From the IMG/VR virus record IMGVR_UViG_3300023273_001138: a stretch of 20,000 bases of DNA; one strand, 5' to 3'. Made by a program: the position numbers and the translations under genes. The notes below the pieces were generated by a model. The model did not search any database. It had not been told where the DNA came from and saw only the letters and a program-made list of their open reading frames with translations. The stretch comes from an uncultured virus (IMG/VR IMGVR_UViG_3300023273_001138) (taxonomy: Duplodnaviria > Heunggongvirae > Uroviricota > Caudoviricetes). Of this stretch, positions 14,021 through 20,000 are shown in pieces; position 1 is the first letter of the stretch; the number at the start of each line of letters is the position of its first letter.

Positions 14021-15412
14021 ATGAGTAAAAAGAAAAAGATTCTTCTTCTTTCAGATGATTTAAGAATGGCGAGTGGTATCGCCACTATGAGTAAAGCGTT
14101 GGTAATGGGAACTGTTGATAAATACGATTGGTTCCAAGTAGGTGCAGCAATTAACCACCCTGATAAAGGTAAAATTTTAGATGTATCGGCTGATATTCAA
14201 AAACAAACTGGTGTCGAAGATGCATCGGTTAAAATACTTCCGTGGACTGGATATGGTAACGCTGATTTGGTTAGACAATTACTAAATACTGAAAGGCCTG
14301 ATGCTATTCTTCACTTTACTGACCCAAGATATTGGATTTGGTTGTATGAAATGGAACATGAGTTAAGGCAAAACATTCCTATTTTATTCTATGCAATTTG
14401 GGATGATTTACCAGACCCACTTTACAATAGAAATTATTATGAGAGTTGTGATTGGATTGGTTGTATTTCAAGACAAACTTATGGTATTGTATCTCGTTTG
14501 ACAAGTAGAACTGATAAACCAACTTGGAAACCTCATAAAGATTGGCAGGTATCTTATGTTCCTCATGGTATTAATCCAAATGAATACAAACCAATTGATG
14601 TACCTAAACCATTTAGAGATGAAATATTAGCTGGAAATGAGTACGATTATGTATTCTTCTGGTCAAATCGTAATATTCGTAGAAAACAACCTTCGGATGT
14701 GATTATGGCATTTAAGGATTTTTGTAATAGAATAGGTGAAGAAAAAGCTAAGAAAGTTGCATTAGTAATGCATACCCAACCAACTGACCAAAATGGTACT
14801 GATTTACCAAAAGTTCATCAGACATTAGCACCCGAATGTAATGTAATATTTTCAGATAAACGAAGAAGCGTAGCTGAACTGAATTATCTTTATAATATAG
14901 CAGATTGTACAATTAACATTGCAGGTAATGAAGGGTTTGGGTTAACAACTGCAGAATCGGTAATGAGTGGTACACCTATTATTGTAAATGTTACAGGTGG
15001 ATTACAAGACCAATGTGGATTCAGATTTAAAGATACTGGAGAACTTCTAACTGCTGAAGATTACAAAGAAATCGGTTCACTTCACAAATGGAGAGATTGG
15101 GAAGATAAACTAACTTGGGGAGAATGGGCAAGACCAGTTTGGAGTAGAGCCCAAACTATGGCAGGGTCAGTTCCTACCCCATATATTTGGGATGATAAGA
15201 TTGATGTATATGATGTGGCAACTGCTATGGAAGAAATGTACAAAAAACCCAAATCAGAACTGAAAGAAGCTGGTTTAAAAGGTAGAGAGATGTTCAAAGG
15301 TGAAATGGGGTTAGTAAACACAAATATGTGTCAAACTTTAGTAGATGGAATCGAAGGAACATTTGAAAATTGGAAACCAAGAAAAAAATACGAATTATTT
15401 AAAATTAAGTAA
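14021..15412 (+). CDS. Glycosyltransferase, GT4-like (GT-B)
   Basis: KILLLSDD...SGIA, YVPHGI, NRNIRRK, LYNIAD, NEGFGLTTAESVMSGTPII...TGGL (ExFGLxxxE motif). Confidence 0.92.
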   Translation: MSKKKKILLLSDDLRMASGIATMSKALVMGTVDKYDWFQVGAAINHPDKGKILDVSADIQKQTGVEDASVKILPWTGYGNADLVRQLLNTERPDAILHFTDPRYWIWLYEMEHELRQNIPILFYAIWDDLPDPLYNRNYYESCDWIGCISRQTYGIVSRLTSRTDKPTWKPHKDWQVSYVPHGINPNEYKPIDVPKPFRDEILAGNEYDYVFFWSNRNIRRKQPSDVIMAFKDFCNRIGEEKAKKVALVMHTQPTDQNGTDLPKVHQTLAPECNVIFSDKRRSVAELNYLYNIADCTINIAGNEGFGLTTAESVMSGTPIIVNVTGGLQDQCGFRFKDTGELLTAEDYKEIGSLHKWRDWEDKLTWGEWARPVWSRAQTMAGSVPTPYIWDDKIDVYDVATAMEEMYKKPKSELKEAGLKGREMFKGEMGLVNTNMCQTLVDGIEGTFENWKPRKKYELFKIK

Positions 15413-15413
15413 T

Positions 15414-15770
15414 ATGAATGATGTAAACAATTGTAATCACATAAATAATCTATACTTTAGAGCATTTAATGAAAAAAATTTAGATGTATTGGCATCTCAA
15501 GTATATTCACCAAATGTTGTATTAAAAGATTGGGTTGGTGAATGGGTTGGTAGAGATAATGTTTTGTTGGAAAATAAAAAGTTTTTTGAAAATGAGTTTA
15601 CTTTAACAGTTGAAAATACAATTATGGGATTTGATAATGATATGCACTTAGTTACTGCAAAAAATGATATTGTTATTGAGATTGGTGGAGAAACTATAAA
15701 CGCAGTTGATGAATTAGTATTTGAACAAAATTCATCACGCATAAGAAGTATTACAGCATATAAAAGATAA
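15414..15770 (+). CDS. NTF2/SnoaL-like fold protein
   Basis: YFRAFNEKNLDVL..YSPNVVLKDW....GRDNV...VDELVF...IRSITAY; start 15414 lies just after the upstream stop at 15412. Confidence 0.75.
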   Translation: MNDVNNCNHINNLYFRAFNEKNLDVLASQVYSPNVVLKDWVGEWVGRDNVLLENKKFFENEFTLTVENTIMGFDNDMHLVTAKNDIVIEIGGETINAVDELVFEQNSSRIRSITAYKR

Positions 15771-15776
15771 GAAGTT

Positions 15777-17078
15777 ATGAACAAACCTTTATTAGTATTT
15801 CAAGCTCCTGTATTTACTCGAAGTGGTTATGGAGACCATTCGAGAGATATTCTTAGAAGCTTATTTAAAATGGAAAAGTACGATGTAAAAATTGTACCAA
15901 TGAGGTGGGGAAATACCCCACAAGACCAAGCAGACCCTTCTACAGAATTTGGTCAGAAGATGTTATCAAATGTTGTAACTCAATTAGATAGAAAACCTGA
16001 TATTTTTATGCAAATGTCAGTTGCAAACGAATTTGAACCAAAGGGTAACTTTAATATTGGTATTACTGCAGGTGTAGAAACTACAATACTTCCAAAAGAA
16101 TTTATTGAAGGTTCTAATAAAATGGATTTAATAATAGTACCATCAGAATTTACAAAAAAATTAATGATTGGAACTGCATATCAAGAAAAAAATCAACAAA
16201 CAGGTCAAATTGTACGAGAAATTAGAGTTACAAAACCAGTTGAAGTTTTATTTGAAGGTGTTGATTTGGATAGATACTTAAACTACCCAAAATCGGATAC
16301 TGATATCTTAGAAGGTATTCAGACTGATTTCAACTTCTTATTTGTAGGACATTGGTTAAAGGGGCATTTAGGGCAGGATAGAAAAGATATTGGAATGATG
16401 ATTAAAACATTCGCTACTGTATTTAAATTTTTACCAATGGAAAAAAGACCTGGTCTTATTCTTAAAACATCTCACGCTGGATTTTCTGTAATTGATAGAG
16501 AAAATATTAGAGAAAAGGTTGATAATATTCTTAATGGTATGGATAAAAAGGATATTCCACCAATTTACATATTACATGGTGATTTAGATGATACAGAAAT
16601 GGGTCAACTATATAATCATCCAAAAGTAAAGGCAATGGTATCATTTACCAAAGGTGAAGGATACGGTAGACCACTTGCAGAATTTGCTTTAAGTGGTAAA
16701 CCTATTATTGTTTCAAGGTGGAGTGGTCAAGTTGATTTCTTACCTGAACAACATACTGTTTTCTTAGATGGACAATTAACTCCGGTAGATGAATCAGCAG
16801 CTGATAAATTTATCTTAAAAGATTCTAAATGGTTTAGTGTAAACTACTCAGATGCAGCAAATAAATTTTATAAAGTTTTTAATGAATATGATTCTTATTT
16901 AAAACAATCAGCTGGATTAAAAACAAATATTATCAATAATTTTAGTTTGGAAAAAATGGATAAAGTTTTTGAAGAAATGATGGAAAATTACACATCATCG
17001 GTTCCTCAAATAAAACCATTTAATTTACCCAAATTGAATAAAAATAAAATGAATATTCCTAAATTAAATAAAGTATAA
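15777..17078 (+). CDS. Glycosyltransferase, GT4-like (GT-B)
   Basis: RSGYGDHSR, IIVPSEFTK, FLFVGHW...DRKDI, GEGYGRPLAEFALSGKPII..WSGQVDFL. Confidence 0.92.
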   Translation: MNKPLLVFQAPVFTRSGYGDHSRDILRSLFKMEKYDVKIVPMRWGNTPQDQADPSTEFGQKMLSNVVTQLDRKPDIFMQMSVANEFEPKGNFNIGITAGVETTILPKEFIEGSNKMDLIIVPSEFTKKLMIGTAYQEKNQQTGQIVREIRVTKPVEVLFEGVDLDRYLNYPKSDTDILEGIQTDFNFLFVGHWLKGHLGQDRKDIGMMIKTFATVFKFLPMEKRPGLILKTSHAGFSVIDRENIREKVDNILNGMDKKDIPPIYILHGDLDDTEMGQLYNHPKVKAMVSFTKGEGYGRPLAEFALSGKPIIVSRWSGQVDFLPEQHTVFLDGQLTPVDESAADKFILKDSKWFSVNYSDAANKFYKVFNEYDSYLKQSAGLKTNIINNFSLEKMDKVFEEMMENYTSSVPQIKPFNLPKLNKNKMNIPKLNKV

Positions 17079-17542
17079 TGAATTACAGTTCACAATATAG
17101 ACAGTATTTAGATTATGGCAATCGTGTATCTAAATCCAGTATACAGCCATATGGAATTTACAAAATTTCAACCTATAAGTATGTTGATGAAGGTAGACAG
17201 AGTCTAAAGGGTGAGTATGAAACTTTGATATTCGTTACGGGTATTTTTCAAAAGAAAGTTTCGGCACTGAAACTATCAAATATACAACCACTTAAATTTT
17301 TAAATTGGTTTAAACGAATAGCTAATAATAAATACAATGAATCCGATTCTCAATATATTGGTTTATATGAAATAGAAACTCCAATGGATATTGGTGGTAA
17401 TCGTATTTATGATTCATACATCAGAAACAATAAAGATTTTGTAGCAAAAGGAGCAGCTTATAGAACTTATAAGTTAGAGGGTATTCAATACGCTACTGAA
17501 GTATTTTTAAAGAAAAACATATTAGAAAGATATTATGGTTAA
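17078..17542 (+). CDS. Hypothetical protein (154 aa)
   Basis: Intact ORF overlapping both neighbours (TAATG at start, 8 nt at end); basic and Tyr-rich; no confident family. Confidence 0.7.
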   Translation: MNYSSQYRQYLDYGNRVSKSSIQPYGIYKISTYKYVDEGRQSLKGEYETLIFVTGIFQKKVSALKLSNIQPLKFLNWFKRIANNKYNESDSQYIGLYEIETPMDIGGNRIYDSYIRNNKDFVAKGAAYRTYKLEGIQYATEVFLKKNILERYYG

Positions 17543-18164
17543 TGTTACATATGCAATTACAGTTTGTAATGAGATAAATGAAATTACAAAATTAATAAAC
17601 TTTCTTCACCCAAGAATCCAATCAGATGATGAGATTTTGATTCAGTATGATGAAGATGGTGTTACTGATGATGTTATGGGTTATCTGAGAATCATAAATG
17701 ATTTGCATGATAATGTAAATGTGATTGGATTCCCTCTAAATAAAGATTTTGCATCTTACAAAAACAATCTAAAGAATCATGCTAAAGGTATTTTCATCTT
17801 CCAAATCGATGCTGATGAATTACCAAATGAATATTTGATTACAAATATGCATGATTTATTAAATGCAAATTTAGATATCGATTTATTCTTCGTTCCAAGA
17901 GTAAACACAGTTGAAGGATTGACACCAGAACATATCCAAAAATGGAGATGGAATGTAAATGAAAAAGGATGGGTGAATTGGCCTGATGTACAAACTCGTT
18001 TATATAGAAGAACTTCTGAAATTGAGTGGGTTGGTAAAGTACATGAAAGAATCAAAGGTTATAATACAATGACTTATTTACCATTAGAAGAAGATTTCTC
18101 ATTGTATCATCCAAAGGATATAGAAAGACAAGAAAAACAAAACGCATTATACGAAACTATATGA
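17535..18164 (+). CDS. Glycosyltransferase family 2 (GT-A)
   Basis: YAITVCNE, DFASYKN, IFQIDADE (DxD), WPDVQTRL, VHERI. Confidence 0.9.
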   Translation: MVNVTYAITVCNEINEITKLINFLHPRIQSDDEILIQYDEDGVTDDVMGYLRIINDLHDNVNVIGFPLNKDFASYKNNLKNHAKGIFIFQIDADELPNEYLITNMHDLLNANLDIDLFFVPRVNTVEGLTPEHIQKWRWNVNEKGWVNWPDVQTRLYRRTSEIEWVGKVHERIKGYNTMTYLPLEEDFSLYHPKDIERQEKQNALYETI

Positions 18165-19141
18165 AAGTAGCTTTTCTAACGGAAATGGGATTTGAGGGAA
18201 CTATTCCCAATGAACATCCAAACGCTAGAACTGAGTTTGCTTGGATGAACGCTTTAGATGCGGTTCATTACCCATTAACAAAATACCAATCGGTAAGTGG
18301 ATATGATGTTGTGTTTATCATCTTCCCAAAAGGTAAACTATTTTTATCAGCAGAGGGTTCTAAAATAGGAGAAGGATTCAATCCAGCTTCTCAATATCTA
18401 AATGAACCAATAGTAGATACTTTAAAGAGTGTAAACAAAAAAGTATATTATATTCAAGAAGGACCTCATTGGTGGTGGAATGATTATGAGATTGTAGACC
18501 AAATTCAGTTCTATAATTTTTTAACAAAAACCGATGGTATCTTTGCACACAATGAATCCGATGTAAATTACTATAAAGGATTGTTACCAAATAAAAAAAT
18601 AAAAGTGATTAGAACCTTAATGATTGAAGATTTGATTAAAAACATAAAATCACAATCTGAAGATAAGGTGTTGATTGGTGGTAACTTTGCAAGGTGGTAT
18701 GGTGGATTCGAATCCTATATGGTAGCAACCGAATTTGGTGTTCCTATTTGGGGACAAGAATCTCATGCTAAGCGAAGTAACGAAGGAGCAATGGAAGATT
18801 TGAATCACTTTGATAGAATGGTTTGGATTGATTGGATGAAAGAAGTATCTAAGTTCAAATATGGGGTTCATCTAATGCCAACTGTAGCAGCTGGTACATT
18901 CTCACTTAATTGTGCATACTTTGGAATACCTGTAATTGGTAACATCAAAGTAGATACTCAAAAAACACTACATCCACTAACTTCAGTTGAAGTTGATGAT
19001 GTGAAAGGTGCTAGAGAATTAGCTCAGAAATTAAGAGATGATAAAGATTTCTACAATCAATGTAGTAAGTTGGCTAGACAACAATATCAAAGTTATTACA
19101 CCAAAGAAATTTGGTTAAATTATATGAAAGAAAGAATATGA
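18161..19141 (+). CDS. Putative GT-B fold glycosyltransferase
   Basis: MKVAFLTE first strand; C-terminal AAGTFSLNCAYFGIPVIG and LRDDKDFYNQCS helix resemble GT-B C-domains; cluster context; ATGA overlaps at both ends. Confidence 0.62.
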   Translation: MKVAFLTEMGFEGTIPNEHPNARTEFAWMNALDAVHYPLTKYQSVSGYDVVFIIFPKGKLFLSAEGSKIGEGFNPASQYLNEPIVDTLKSVNKKVYYIQEGPHWWWNDYEIVDQIQFYNFLTKTDGIFAHNESDVNYYKGLLPNKKIKVIRTLMIEDLIKNIKSQSEDKVLIGGNFARWYGGFESYMVATEFGVPIWGQESHAKRSNEGAMEDLNHFDRMVWIDWMKEVSKFKYGVHLMPTVAAGTFSLNCAYFGIPVIGNIKVDTQKTLHPLTSVEVDDVKGARELAQKLRDDKDFYNQCSKLARQQYQSYYTKEIWLNYMKERI

Positions 19142-19908
19142 TTACAGCAGTACTAAATGGTTACAAACGAGGAGATAACCTCAACGAACAATTGGAAGCG
19201 TTAAAAAATCAAACCTTACCACCTGATGAGATTTTATTATGGTACAATAATCCAGGTGATAATGATTTATTAAATTATGATATTGGTGGTGAAATACCAG
19301 TAGCTTATTGTAATTACAACTTTGGGGTTTGGGCAAGATTCTACTTTGCTATGAACGCTAGAAATCCATATGTAGTGGTATTTGATGATGATACAATTCC
19401 GGGTAAAAAGTGGTTAGAAAATTGTATGAACACAATGAATGAAAGGGAGGGTTTATTAGGTACTGTTGGATTACTTTATCCAAATCCTCTCCCACCACAA
19501 AATTCTTCTTATTATGAACACTACCTCAGATTTGGCTGGCCAGAATTAGGTAACAATGATAGAACTGTTCAAGTTGATTTAGTTGGACATAGTTGGTTCT
19601 TCAAAAAAGAATGGTTATCTCATATGGTAAGAGAATTGCCTGACCCAAAATACAATACTTGCGGTGAGGATATGCACTTCTCTTATATGTTACAAAAGTA
19701 CGCTAATATTCCTACATTTGTACCACCACACCCTCGTTCAGATATGGAACTTTGGGGAAGTATTAAGGGTGGTGAGTATGGTGGAGATGTTAACTCTCTT
19801 TGGGAATCAAATCAAGTAAATGTAGAAGGTACACCATTCAAACAATTGATGAATCAATATTTTCACGAACAAAGAAATAAAGGCTGGAAATTAGTAAATG
19901 AAAAATAA
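19138..19908 (+). CDS. Glycosyltransferase family 2-like (GT-A)
   Basis: ITAVLNGYKR..L..QL.AL..QT..P.EI, VVFDDDTIPG (DxD), GEDMHFSY; start 19138 via ATGA overlap rather than the track's 19111. Confidence 0.85.
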   Translation: MITAVLNGYKRGDNLNEQLEALKNQTLPPDEILLWYNNPGDNDLLNYDIGGEIPVAYCNYNFGVWARFYFAMNARNPYVVVFDDDTIPGKKWLENCMNTMNEREGLLGTVGLLYPNPLPPQNSSYYEHYLRFGWPELGNNDRTVQVDLVGHSWFFKKEWLSHMVRELPDPKYNTCGEDMHFSYMLQKYANIPTFVPPHPRSDMELWGSIKGGEYGGDVNSLWESNQVNVEGTPFKQLMNQYFHEQRNKGWKLVNEK

Positions 19909-20000
19909 ACCAATATTACTCTGCTTTGGGACAAGACCCGAATGGTTGAAAATTAAACCATTGATTAAACTTATGGATAGAAGTGAATATAAACTTCTAT
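19898..20000 (+). CDS. wecB: UDP-N-acetylglucosamine 2-epimerase, N-terminal fragment (3'-truncated)
   Basis: MKNKPILLCFGTRPEWLKIKPLIK...; FGTRPExxK is the WecB/NeuC-family N-terminal signature; not in the ORF track. Confidence 0.82.
   Translation, partial: MKNKPILLCFGTRPEWLKIKPLIKLMDRSEYKLL

Noticed and set aside
74..18871. All minus-strand ORFs in the track (e.g. 74-349, 1674-1943, 2696-2902, 9389-9652, 11804-12109, 15497-15784, 17777-18055)
   Set aside because: Short antisense shadows of well-supported + strand genes, with no motifs or promoters.
63..19137. Track start codons at 63, 12351, 13792, 15345 and 19111
   Set aside because: nrdA is open upstream of 63. For the others, downstream ATGs (12375, 13801, 15414, 19138) give typical coupling or spacing and better-looking N-termini.
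1..20000. Stop-codon reassignment as seen in some Bacteroidota phages
   Set aside because: Genes are full length under the standard code; TGA and TAG stops fall at sensible gene junctions (1854, 2807, 18164, 19141).
1..20000. tRNA or other structured RNA genes
   Set aside because: Intergenic gaps are at most about 105 nt, are occupied by promoters and show no cloverleaf.

Overview
AT-rich, gene-dense window with every credible gene on the + strand. It reads as part of a large T4-like (Caudoviricetes) phage genome, probably infecting Bacteroidota, judged from four TTTG-N20-TATATT(T/A)G promoters. Gene order: RNR alpha (5'-truncated), thioredoxin, stand-alone HTH, two tandem Mom-like (GNAT) putative DNA-modification proteins separated by a 52-aa ORF missing from the track, a 586-aa orphan with a possible C-terminal HNH-like motif, a GT-B glycosyltransferase coupled to a family-B DNA polymerase, sliding clamp, a DruA/DUF4338-like protein, clamp loader subunits split by a Zn-ribbon gene, a Cas4-like PD-(D/E)xK nuclease, a ribbon-helix-helix protein, then a glycosyltransferase cluster running off the end into a UDP-GlcNAc 2-epimerase. 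The best candidate for an undescribed system is a replisome-embedded DNA hypermodification module (Mom pair, DruA-like protein, glycosyltransferase, orphan), several members of which carry terminal FF/FW tails like the polymerase's clamp-binding tail. I found no GATC in the window by eye. All family assignments come from motif recognition by eye; no searches were run.
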